Shown here one piece after another: positions 49,476-61,238 of a stretch of DNA of 64,000 nt. The DNA comes from Acidobacteriota bacterium (GTDB taxonomy: Bacteria; Acidobacteriota; UBA6911; RPQK01; JAJDTT01). The position numbers and the translations under genes were made by a program. The notes beneath the pieces are model-generated. The model was not told the DNA's origin and did no database searches. It was given only the letters and a program-made list of their open reading frames with translations. The DNA lies in contig OZ253580.1 in NCBI GenBank assembly GCA_965263035.1, positions 5,792,001-5,856,000 of the forward strand, in the 5' to 3' direction. Each line of letters starts with the position of its first letter. The stretch's first letter is position 1.

Positions 49476-51472
49476 GTGCGCCGTGGAAAGGCGCTGTTTC
49501 TCAGTGGGTGCGAATCCCACCCGGCAACTGTCGCTCCAGCCGGTAGCAGTCGGAGCGGTTCATGGAGGCAACGATATGGACTGAAGCACTCCGATGTCAA
49601 AGGGTCGCTTTAGGCGACTCAGCGAGTCCGCAGGCCGTAGCTTGAGCGAACGCTGAGCAGGCCTCGAAACGGGTAATGCGGAAGCCGACCCGCCTGAGAA
49701 ACGCACGAAGGCTGCCAGCGGCCGGGAAGCGAGCGACGGAAGCACCGGCCGGTTCCGCCGGGGTAATGGCGGTGGCATGTGGACAAGAGGGAGACAGCAG
49801 CAACACGGGAAGCCCCGCCGGTGGCGTGGCACGCGTCAACCGGGAACCCGTGAGGGCCAGCCTGGGCCGTCGGGGTGGCGGAGAGGCCCGTAGTACTGGA
49901 GAAGCCGGGTAACGCCGGTGGAGGGAAGGGGCCTTGGTTCGAGAACCGCGTTGGACGGGGAAAAGGACGTGAAGACTGGTGAGAACCTAGCAGCTTCAGA
50001 GAAAGTTCAGAGACTCCGGAAGACGCTCCATGCGAAAGCGAAGGAGGCTCCGGGCTTCCGGTTCTACTCGCTGTGCGACAAGGTGTGGCGGTTGGACGTG
50101 CTCCGTGTGGCCTGGCAGGAGGTCCGCCGCAACGGCGGGTCGGCCGGGGTGGACGGGGAGGCGATCGCCGACATCGAGTCGTCGGGGGTGGACGGGTGGC
50201 TCGGGGAACTGGCGCGGGACCTGAAGGAAGGGACCTACCGGCCCAACGCGGTGCGGCAGGTTCTGATCCCGAAGAAGCAACGCGGGAAGTTCCGGCCTTT
50301 GGGCATTCCGTGTGTGCGGGATCGGGTGGCGCAGACGGCGGCAATGTTGGTGTTGTCGCCGATCTTCGAAGCCGATCTGGCCCCGGAACAATATGCCTAT
50401 CGGCCGGGCCGGAGCGCGGGCGATGCCGTCAAGCACGTGCACCGACTGCTGAACCGGGGCCACCGCGAGGTGGTGGACGCCGACCTGACGGACTACTTCG
50501 GCCAGATCCCCCATGCCCAACTGATCAAGTCCGTGGCCCGCCGCATCAGTGATGGGCGGGTGGTGGGTTGGATCAAGGTTTGGTTGGAGATGGCGGTGGA
50601 GGAAGAGGACGGCTGCGGCGGACGACGCCGAACGACCCGGGCGCGGCAAGAGAGGAAAGGGACCCCGCAAGGGGCGCCCATCTCACCGCTGCTGAGCAAC
50701 TTGTACATGCGACGCTTCATTCTGGGCTGGAAGGGACTGGGCTACGCTCGGCGCTTCAAGGCGGAAATCGTCAACTACGCAGACGACTTTGTGGTCCTGG
50801 GCCAAGCTCCGGCCGCGATCATGCGGACGGCGGTCGAGGATTTGGTGAAGCGTCTGAAGCTGGCGTTGAACGCGGAGAAGACCCGAGAGGTGCGGGTGCC
50901 GGAGGAACCGCTGGAGTTCCTCGGCTACCGGATTGGGCGCAACTACCGCCGGGATACGGGGCGAGCCTACATTGGGACGCGCCCGAGCCCGGCGAGCGTT
51001 CAGAGCCTCTGCCGCAGGGTGAGCGCGTTGACCGAGAGACGCTATGGACTCCTGGAACCCGAGCGAGTCGTGGGACGCCTCAACCGGCTTCTGAACGGTT
51101 GGGCGAACTACTTCTCGTTGGGTCAGGTGAGTCCCGCTTATGCGACGATCGATCGGCACGCGACCCGGCGGCTGCGCCAGTGGCTGAGCCGCAAGCACAA
51201 GGTGAGGGCCGGGAAGACGGTGCGCTTCCCGGACGAGCGACTCTGGAAGGAGTGGGAGCTCACTCGTCTTGGTCCGCGAACGGCCAGCTTTCCGTGGGCG
51301 CGCGTATGATCTCGTCCGAGAGCCGGATGCGTTAGTAGCGCACGTCCGGTTCGATGAGCGGGGAGAGGAAACGGGGTCACGGTGGAGATTGAGGCACCGG
51401 CATGAGGGCGAAAGCCGCCGGCAACAGCGACTCCCTTCGACCTACGGCCGTCGCGCCTCTCCTCGACTCTAC
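49476..51472 (+). mobile_element. Group II intron (RT-encoding, no endonuclease domain)
   Basis: 5' GTGCG at 49476; domain V GAGCCGGATGCG...CACGTCCGGTTC near 51320-51352; domain VI ending CTCTAC at 51472; EBS1/IBS1 match. Confidence 0.9.
49969..51309 (+). CDS. ltrA: Group II intron reverse transcriptase/maturase
   Basis: GVDG, RPLGIP..DR..Q, GTPQGAPISPLLSN, YADD, FLGY, GWANYF maturase domain. Confidence 0.95.
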   Translation: MKTGENLAASEKVQRLRKTLHAKAKEAPGFRFYSLCDKVWRLDVLRVAWQEVRRNGGSAGVDGEAIADIESSGVDGWLGELARDLKEGTYRPNAVRQVLIPKKQRGKFRPLGIPCVRDRVAQTAAMLVLSPIFEADLAPEQYAYRPGRSAGDAVKHVHRLLNRGHREVVDADLTDYFGQIPHAQLIKSVARRISDGRVVGWIKVWLEMAVEEEDGCGGRRRTTRARQERKGTPQGAPISPLLSNLYMRRFILGWKGLGYARRFKAEIVNYADDFVVLGQAPAAIMRTAVEDLVKRLKLALNAEKTREVRVPEEPLEFLGYRIGRNYRRDTGRAYIGTRPSPASVQSLCRRVSALTERRYGLLEPERVVGRLNRLLNGWANYFSLGQVSPAYATIDRHATRRLRQWLSRKHKVRAGKTVRFPDERLWKEWELTRLGPRTASFPWARV

Positions 51473-51495
51473 CATGCGGTGAACCCGCATGTTTC

Positions 51496-51565
51496 TTGAC
51501 AAACACCTAACCTATTGCGTAGAATCTGTGCCTGTCGCCCGTAGCGGCGGCATGTTCTTTGACAA
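51496..51565 (+). promoter_or_regulatory. Dedicated 23S-5S promoter and boxA
   Basis: TTGACA-N18-TAGAAT (51496-51525); boxA-like TGTTCTTTGACAA (51553-51565). Confidence 0.75.
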
Positions 51566-51635
51566 TCTGGAAAAAAGCAAGGGCAACCCACAATAGACAG
51601 AGACAGCTAGAGTTTTTCGGCAACGAAAAATTCTA

Positions 51636-54602
<2,967 letters not shown>

Positions 54603-54680
54603 TAGAATTTTTCGCTGCCGCGAGAAACAAAGTTGTCTTTAATTGGCAAGGGTTGCCGCTTTTTCCAGATGAAAAAGGTT

Positions 54681-54797
54681 TTCCGGTGATTATAGCGGAG
54701 GGGGTATACCTGTTCCCATCCCGAACACAGAAGTTAAGCCCTCCAGCGCCGATGATACTGCATGGGTAACTGTGTGGGAAAGTAGGTCGTTGCCGGG
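54681..54797 (+). rRNA. rrf: 5S rRNA
   Basis: CCCATCCCGAACACAGAAGTTAAG, AGTAGGTCGTTGCCGG. Confidence 0.97.
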
Positions 54798-54802
54798 ATT
54801 TT

Positions 54803-54834
54803 AAAAAAAAGGGCCTCTTCTGGAGGCCCTTTTT
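54803..54834. terminator. Bidirectional intrinsic terminator between rrf and mutL
   Basis: A8-GGGCCTC-TTCTG-GAGGCCC-T5. Confidence 0.85.
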
Positions 54835-54891
54835 CGTACCTGTCCACCGGGTTCCAATCCGCTCGACCCGGGGCTCCCCCATCCAATTCGT

Positions 54892-56721
54892 TCAGATTCG
54901 CTTGAAGCCGCGAAGGATCTCTTCGATTCCTACCCTCAGGACGATAGGACGTCCGTGAGGGCACGTATATGGCGTCTCACAGACCATGAGTCGGTCCAGG
55001 AGCCACTGGATTTTCTCTCGAGACAGAGGAGTGTTGATCCTGATGGCACTTCGACAGGCTAGGCTGATGGCGATCTTCTCCCGCCGGCGCCGAAGTAAAG
55101 AACCCTCCGCGACCATGTTTGTCTCCTTCCCCTGAAAGCTGCTCACAATCTCCTGAAAGAGTTCCAGCGTGTCGCACGATCGGGCCAGCGCGGGCACACC
55201 GCGCACGAGGATCGTCCGGTCCCCGAACCATTCCACGACGAAGCCATTGTGGTTGAGATCATCCAGAATCTCATCCAGCGTAGCCTTCTGCTCCGGCGTC
55301 AACTCCAGCTTCAGCGGTTCCAACAGATACTGCGTCGCCGTTTCTCCTGCCTCGTCCATCTCCTTCAGGGTACGATCGAAGAGGATCCTTTCATGGGCGA
55401 CATGTTGGTCGATCAGTAAGACACCATCTCTGTCTGCCGCCACGATGAAGCTCTCTACGAACTGCCCCAAGACGACCGGGACCGAGCTGACGCCGCTGGT
55501 CTCCGGGATGTTGTCCATATGTGGGTCTACTCCACCTTCCCGAACAACCGGCGCCGGCGCAACGGAGTCTCGGCTAAGGTCGGCGCCACCTCCATGAGAG
55601 GGTGGGGAAAAGAGAGCCGTCGCAGGATGGCCAGTATGGAATCGTGTCTGAACCGTGGGGCCGGGCGCATTACGGGAGAATGACGGCGGCAGGTCTCTCG
55701 CCAAGCTCGACAGGTCGACCCTGTGTTGCTGCAACGCCTCCTCGACCGCGTGCAAAACGGCGGAATGCACGCTCCCGCTGTGACGAAAACGAACCTCCGT
55801 CTTCGCCGGGTGAACATTGACGTCCAAATCCTCGGGATCGACGTCGAGAAAGAGCAGAACTCGGGCATGAGATCGGGCCGGCATGGCATCCCGGTAGGCT
55901 TCTCGAACGGCATGGGCCATGACCCGGTCGCGGACCATTCGCTGATTGACGAACAGGAATTGCGACGCCGTGCTGCTTCTGTGGTCGTGGGGCAGAGAAA
56001 CGAATCCATTCACTCGAAGGTTGTTTTTCCGGTAGTCGACGGGAACCAGGTTCTCCAGAAAGGACTCACCCAATACCTGGAAAACACGATCCTCGAGTCC
56101 CGCGGAAACATCTGCCTCCAATAGCAATCGGCTATGGTGGCTAAAATGGAACCGGACCGACGGGTAAGCGAGGCAATAGTGGGTCAGCTGTCGCGTCAGA
56201 TGCCCAAGATCTGTAGAGTAAGACTTCAGAAATTTCTTTCTTGCAGGAACATTATAGAACAAATCCTCTACAAGAACTTCAGTTCCACTGGCACAGGATA
56301 TTTCTCGGACTTTGACGAGTTGACCTCCCTGAATCTGCACTTCGGTTCCCGGTTCCTCAGAACCGGATTGGGAACTGGGGCAGGTCCTGAGCCTGAGACG
56401 CGAGACCGACGCGATCGAGGGAAGCGCCTCTCCTCGAAAACCCAGTGTCCGAATTCGCGTTAGGTCTTCAAGGGTCCTGATCTTGCTGGTGGCATGGCGC
56501 TCGAAAGCGAGTCGAGCGTCCTCCGGACTCATTCCCACGCCGTTGTCACGAACGCAGATCAGACGCTGGCCACCAGCCTCTGCCCGAACCGAGACCGACG
56601 TCGCCCCCGCGTCCAGCGAATTTTCCAGCAATTCCTTGAGCACGGAAGCAGGACGCTCGACAATCTCGCCGGCGGCGATCTGATGGGTCAGAACCTCGGG
56701 TAAAAGTTGAACCTTTCCCAT
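54892..56721 (-). CDS. mutL: DNA mismatch repair protein MutL
   Basis: QIAAGEIVERPASVLKELLENSLDA, GFRGEAL, DVNVHPAK, DQHVAHER, CPHGRP. Confidence 0.97.
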   Translation of the reverse strand: MGKVQLLPEVLTHQIAAGEIVERPASVLKELLENSLDAGATSVSVRAEAGGQRLICVRDNGVGMSPEDARLAFERHATSKIRTLEDLTRIRTLGFRGEALPSIASVSRLRLRTCPSSQSGSEEPGTEVQIQGGQLVKVREISCASGTEVLVEDLFYNVPARKKFLKSYSTDLGHLTRQLTHYCLAYPSVRFHFSHHSRLLLEADVSAGLEDRVFQVLGESFLENLVPVDYRKNNLRVNGFVSLPHDHRSSTASQFLFVNQRMVRDRVMAHAVREAYRDAMPARSHARVLLFLDVDPEDLDVNVHPAKTEVRFRHSGSVHSAVLHAVEEALQQHRVDLSSLARDLPPSFSRNAPGPTVQTRFHTGHPATALFSPPSHGGGADLSRDSVAPAPVVREGGVDPHMDNIPETSGVSSVPVVLGQFVESFIVAADRDGVLLIDQHVAHERILFDRTLKEMDEAGETATQYLLEPLKLELTPEQKATLDEILDDLNHNGFVVEWFGDRTILVRGVPALARSCDTLELFQEIVSSFQGKETNMVAEGSLLRRRREKIAISLACRSAIRINTPLSREKIQWLLDRLMVCETPYTCPHGRPIVLRVGIEEILRGFKRI

Positions 56722-56890
56722 TACGAAGAGTATAGCAATTCCCGTTCAGGACGAGGTCTACCTCTGCGCAGCCGCCGACTATGGCGCTCTGAAGCAAGAG
56801 TAACGGGGTGCGGCGGGCTTTTTGCGGCCGATCACGAGACGGAGGCGCATCTCCTCAGTGCCGGATCGTGCGGGTGGGAACCCCGGTGTT

Positions 56891-58702
56891 TCAGGTCAGC
56901 CGCAAATGGAGTTCCCGTTGCTGCCGCAAGCTGACGCCAGACGGCGAGCCCGACATGAGATCCATCGCTCTGGCGGTCTTGGGAAAGCAGATAACGTCAC
57001 GAATGGATTGTTCACCCGCCAGAATCATGACGATTCTGTCCAGACCCAGGGCAATGCCACCATGGGGAGGAACCCCGAAACGGAGCGCATCGAGGAAGAA
57101 ACCGAACTTGGTCTGCATTTCCTCCGGACCGATCCGCAATGCCTCGAAGACCCGCGCCTGCAGCTCCTGACTGTGGATACGAATCGAACCTCCGCCGATC
57201 TCCGTGCCATTCAGAACCACGTCGTACGCCTTGGCACGGACTCGTTCCGGCGCGGTATCTAGCAGGTGCAAATCCTCCTCTTTCGGAGAAGTGAACGGAT
57301 GGTGACAAGCCAGAAAACGAGAGTCCTCTTCGCTCCACTCCAGCAGCGGGAAATCGTAGACCCAGAGACAGGCCTGCCGATCATTCGAGATCAGATTCTG
57401 CTGCTTTGCCAGATGGAGCCTCAGTAGGGACAGGGAATTGTTGACCTGAGATTCGGCTCCAGCCACCATCAGCAGGATATCACCGACTTCAAGTTCACCG
57501 AATTCCGCCGCGCGCCGGAGTACCGAGGCTCCCACGCTCTTTGGCAAGGAACTTCTGAAGCCACCCGCCGTGGACTTGATCCAGGCCAGACCGCCGGTTC
57601 CAAGCTCCGTGACAAACCGGGTCAATTCGTCGGTCTCCCGGCGGGTGTAAACTGCCTTTCCCGGAACCCGAATCCCCCGGATACATCCTCCTTCCTCCAG
57701 GATTCGGCGGAAGATCTGGAATCCGCTTTTCTCAAAGGCGTTCCCCACGTCCCGCAATTCCAATCCGAACCGGGTATCGGGGCGATCCGTCCCGTACCGG
57801 GACATGGCTGCCGTGTAACTGAGTCTGGGGAAGGGCACCGCCAGATCGTATCCCGCAACCTTGAAGATTCGTTGGAGCAGGGACTCCACAAGTTGGAAGA
57901 CATCTTCAGGTTGAACAAAGGACATTTCGATGTCTATCTGGGTGAACTCGGGCTGCCGATCGGATCGGAGGTCCTCGTCACGAAAGCAGCGAACGACCTG
58001 GAAGTATCGATCGAAGCCGGAAACCATCAGGAGCTGCTTGAACAGCTGCGGCGACTGGGGAAGGGCATAGAAGTGTCCCCGGTGAACTCGGCTGGGAACC
58101 AGGTAGTCCCGCGCCCCCTCTGGGGTGGACTTGGTCAGGAAGGGAGTCTCGATTTCCAGGAATCCGTGGCGGTCCATCAGTTTGCGGGTTTCCAGGCAGA
58201 TTTCGTGACGCAGCCGGACATTGGCCTGCATACGGGGCCGCCGCAAGTCCAAATAGCGGTAGCGCAACCGGGTCTCCTCTGAAGTCCCCTGTTCCTCGGA
58301 GATGGGAAAAGGCGGGGTCTGGGAGGCACTCAGGAGCCGAATTTCCTCCGCCCGGACTTCTACCGTACCCGTAGGAATCTGGACATTGACGGTCTCCTCG
58401 TCGCGTTCGATCACGTTGCCCACGACGGCAACGACATCCTCGGACCGGAGCTCTTTTGCCTTGTCGAGGACTGCCTTGTCTTCCGCACTGGCGACTACCT
58501 GCACCGTTCCCTCACGATCCCTGAGATCTATGAAAATCAGGTTGCCCAGGTCCCGGGTCCGGTCCACCCAACCCATGACGGTCACACGTTTGCCCACATC
58601 TCCTGGCCGTATCGCCCCACAGCAGTGGCTCCGTTGGAGACTGTCCATGCTGTCGATGCTGTAGGCAGGTCGATTCAGCGCTTGCTTGCCAGCGGTTGCC
58701 AC
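56891..58702 (-). CDS. aspS: Aspartate-tRNA ligase
   Basis: FIDLRD, RYRYLDLRR, STPEGARDY, LPQSPQLFKQ, PPHGGIALGLDR. Confidence 0.97.
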   Translation of the reverse strand: MATAGKQALNRPAYSIDSMDSLQRSHCCGAIRPGDVGKRVTVMGWVDRTRDLGNLIFIDLRDREGTVQVVASAEDKAVLDKAKELRSEDVVAVVGNVIERDEETVNVQIPTGTVEVRAEEIRLLSASQTPPFPISEEQGTSEETRLRYRYLDLRRPRMQANVRLRHEICLETRKLMDRHGFLEIETPFLTKSTPEGARDYLVPSRVHRGHFYALPQSPQLFKQLLMVSGFDRYFQVVRCFRDEDLRSDRQPEFTQIDIEMSFVQPEDVFQLVESLLQRIFKVAGYDLAVPFPRLSYTAAMSRYGTDRPDTRFGLELRDVGNAFEKSGFQIFRRILEEGGCIRGIRVPGKAVYTRRETDELTRFVTELGTGGLAWIKSTAGGFRSSLPKSVGASVLRRAAEFGELEVGDILLMVAGAESQVNNSLSLLRLHLAKQQNLISNDRQACLWVYDFPLLEWSEEDSRFLACHHPFTSPKEEDLHLLDTAPERVRAKAYDVVLNGTEIGGGSIRIHSQELQARVFEALRIGPEEMQTKFGFFLDALRFGVPPHGGIALGLDRIVMILAGEQSIRDVICFPKTARAMDLMSGSPSGVSLRQQRELHLRLT

Positions 58703-58720
58703 TTCTCTGATCCTCCTCCC

Positions 58721-59983
58721 TCACGCCGATCTTACGTGTTGGGAGATCCTTCCCTGCTGCAATCGAGTCTGGGTTCCATCGGCCATTCTCTTGATGGAGT
58801 AAAGCCCGGTGCGAATCTCGTCGTCTCCGATGACGCATACGAACTGAGCACCCAGCCGATTAGCCAAGCGCATCTGGCCCCGGAGCTTGCGCCCGCCAAA
58901 GTCCACGTAGGCAAAAATCCCCTCTCGACGAAGTTCTCGAGCCAGAGTGAACGCTTTTTCCAGGGACTCCTCGTCCAGATAGGCGAGAAAGATCTCAGGC
59001 CGTGGGGAACGATAGTTCGCAGCCAACTCGTGGTCTTGGGACAGGAGCAGAACCAAGCGCTCCAGACCCAGTCCAAAACCGAAACCCTTTGCCGGTGGAC
59101 CCTCCAAGAGCTCAGACAGTCCATCGTAGCGTCCGCCTCCGAGCAACGCGTTCTGCGTTGGGCCCAAGCGATCCGTCACCATCTCAAACGTGGTCCGCAC
59201 ATAGTAGTCCAGACCTCGAACCAATCGAGGCGTCACCGCGTAGGGAATCCCAATCAGATCCAGGAATTCTCGAAAGCGGCCGAAGTGATCCCGGCATTCG
59301 TGGCACAGTTGGTCCAGGATAGATGGGAGATTGTCAATGATCGGAGAACAGGACGGCTTCTTGCAGTCCAGGACGCGAAGCGGATTCCGCTGGGACCGCC
59401 TTTGACACTCTGCGCAAAGATCCGACTCTGCCAGCAATCTTTCTTGGAGGAGGCGAACGTAGGCCGGGCGGCAGGACAGGCAGCCCACGGAATTCACCAG
59501 AAGCTGGACTCCCCGAACTCCCAGATCGTCCAGCAAGACATGAAGCATCTCCATGACTTCCGCCTCGATGCCCGGATGATCCGAGCCCAGAACTTCGGCT
59601 CCGATCTGATGGAACTGGCGATAGCGGCCTTTCTGAGGTCTCTCCCTGCGAAACATGGGTCCGACGTAATAGAGCTTCGCGAGACCGCTCTCACGATTCA
59701 GGTGGTTTTCCAGGTAAGATCGAACTACGGGTGCGGTGCCCTCGGGTCGGAGGCTGATGTCACGGCCCCGTCGAGCGGGTATCGTGTACATTTCCTTCTG
59801 CACGATGTCCGTCTCCTGTCCGAGACTACGGCAGAAGAGATTGCTTTCCTCCAATATCGGAGTTCGGATCTCACCGAAGCCGTAGCGCCGGAAGAGTAGA
59901 CGAGTCTTCTCTTCGATCTGCTGCCACAGTTCCACGCTACCGGGGAGAATGTCGTGGGTTCCCCGAACTGAGCGAACGTTCAT
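58721..59983 (-). CDS. hisS: Histidine-tRNA ligase
   Basis: LRPEGTA, FRRERPQKGRYRQFHQ, LVRGLDYY, GGGRYD. Confidence 0.97.
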   Translation of the reverse strand: MNVRSVRGTHDILPGSVELWQQIEEKTRLLFRRYGFGEIRTPILEESNLFCRSLGQETDIVQKEMYTIPARRGRDISLRPEGTAPVVRSYLENHLNRESGLAKLYYVGPMFRRERPQKGRYRQFHQIGAEVLGSDHPGIEAEVMEMLHVLLDDLGVRGVQLLVNSVGCLSCRPAYVRLLQERLLAESDLCAECQRRSQRNPLRVLDCKKPSCSPIIDNLPSILDQLCHECRDHFGRFREFLDLIGIPYAVTPRLVRGLDYYVRTTFEMVTDRLGPTQNALLGGGRYDGLSELLEGPPAKGFGFGLGLERLVLLLSQDHELAANYRSPRPEIFLAYLDEESLEKAFTLARELRREGIFAYVDFGGRKLRGQMRLANRLGAQFVCVIGDDEIRTGLYSIKRMADGTQTRLQQGRISQHVRSA

Positions 59984-60215
59984 GATGGGGCCCGATTATA
60001 CCCTACCCCCTGGAATCGAAAGGAGGGTTGAACCATGTCAGGGCAGGGGTCCCCTCCGGGAGGCAAAGACAGGGCCATCCCATCAGGGCTGCGGCGCAGT
60101 ATTCAGAATAGCCTGAAATATGAACGTCTCGTTGATTTTGAACCGGGGTCAAGGCCGGCCGAGCACCGCGGCGACTCTTGCCGAAGACTGCTGAAAAGTC
60201 CGGGTCAACTCATAC

Positions 60216-61133
60216 TTAATTCGCGTACTCTCCAATTTTCCGGAACTTTTCATGACGAGAATCGATTCGATCTTCCGGGTCCAGAGCGGAAACCTCCTCC
60301 AAGTGGCGGGAAAGCGCCCGGGACAGCTCGGCCGTCGTTAGATCCCAATCGTTATGTGCGCCTCCCGGAGGCTCCGCAACAATCTCATCGACGATTCCGA
60401 ACCGGCTCAGATCCTGAGCGGTGAGCTTCAAGCTCTGGGCGGCCTCGCGAACATGATTCTGATCTTTCCACAAGATGGCGGAGCAGCTCTCCGGGGAAAT
60501 GACAGAGTAGATGGAATTCTCCAGCATGAGGATCCGATCCGCCAAACCCACCGCCAAGGCTCCTCCACTGCCACCCTCTCCCAGAACGGTCGCGATGATG
60601 GGAACCCGAAGTCCGGCCATGGATCGCAGGTTGTAGGCTATAGCTTCAGCCTGACCCCGTTTTTCGGCTCCCAGTCCAGGATAGGCGCCAGGGGTGTCGA
60701 TAAAGGTCAGGACGGGGCGTCCAAACTTCTCAGCCAACTTCATCAACCGCAACGCCTTACGATATCCCTCAGGCTTCGGCATCCCATAATTGCGCTCCAA
60801 GCGCTCTTTCGTATTTCGCCCCTTCTGGTGGCCCAAGACCATGACGGCCGCACCCTTGAAACTGGCCATCCCGCCCACGATCGCCCGATCGTCCGCATAC
60901 TTGCGGTCGCCGTGGATCTCCCGAAATGAATCAAAAAGACGGTCGAAGCAATCGAGAGTGTAGGGTCGATCCTGGTGGCGTGAGATCTGCACTCTGGCCC
61001 ACGCTTCGTCAGGGGACAATTGACCGGTTCGCTGCTGATCGGGCTGACGAGCCTGTTCCTGAATCTGGAATCGCGAGTGCTCTTCCATCTGTTCTTTGAG
61101 TGCAACAATTTCTCGTGCCTTCTCGATGGTCAT
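60216..61133 (-). CDS. accA: Acetyl-CoA carboxylase carboxyltransferase alpha subunit
   Basis: HGDR, PEGYRKA, DTPGAYPG, GEGGSGGA, YSVISPE. Confidence 0.96.
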   Translation of the reverse strand: MTIEKAREIVALKEQMEEHSRFQIQEQARQPDQQRTGQLSPDEAWARVQISRHQDRPYTLDCFDRLFDSFREIHGDRKYADDRAIVGGMASFKGAAVMVLGHQKGRNTKERLERNYGMPKPEGYRKALRLMKLAEKFGRPVLTFIDTPGAYPGLGAEKRGQAEAIAYNLRSMAGLRVPIIATVLGEGGSGGALAVGLADRILMLENSIYSVISPESCSAILWKDQNHVREAAQSLKLTAQDLSRFGIVDEIVAEPPGGAHNDWDLTTAELSRALSRHLEEVSALDPEDRIDSRHEKFRKIGEYAN

Positions 61134-61238
61134 AGCCTCAAATCGAAGGTCACTTAGGAAACTGATTGCCAGCCGTTCGGGCGGCACGAGTCGTGCGGCT
61201 GCGAGAATTCGATTCCCGTTCTGGATCGGACGTCCGCG

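Noticed and set aside
49969-51309. Retron, DGR or CRISPR-associated RT
   Set aside because: It has a maturase domain, domains V and VI, and a GTGCG start typical of a group II intron; no template repeat, msr/msd or cas genes.
56722-56890. Possible 6S RNA between aspS and mutL
   Set aside because: No long closing stem is evident; only a TGCTATACT extended -10 candidate for mutL.
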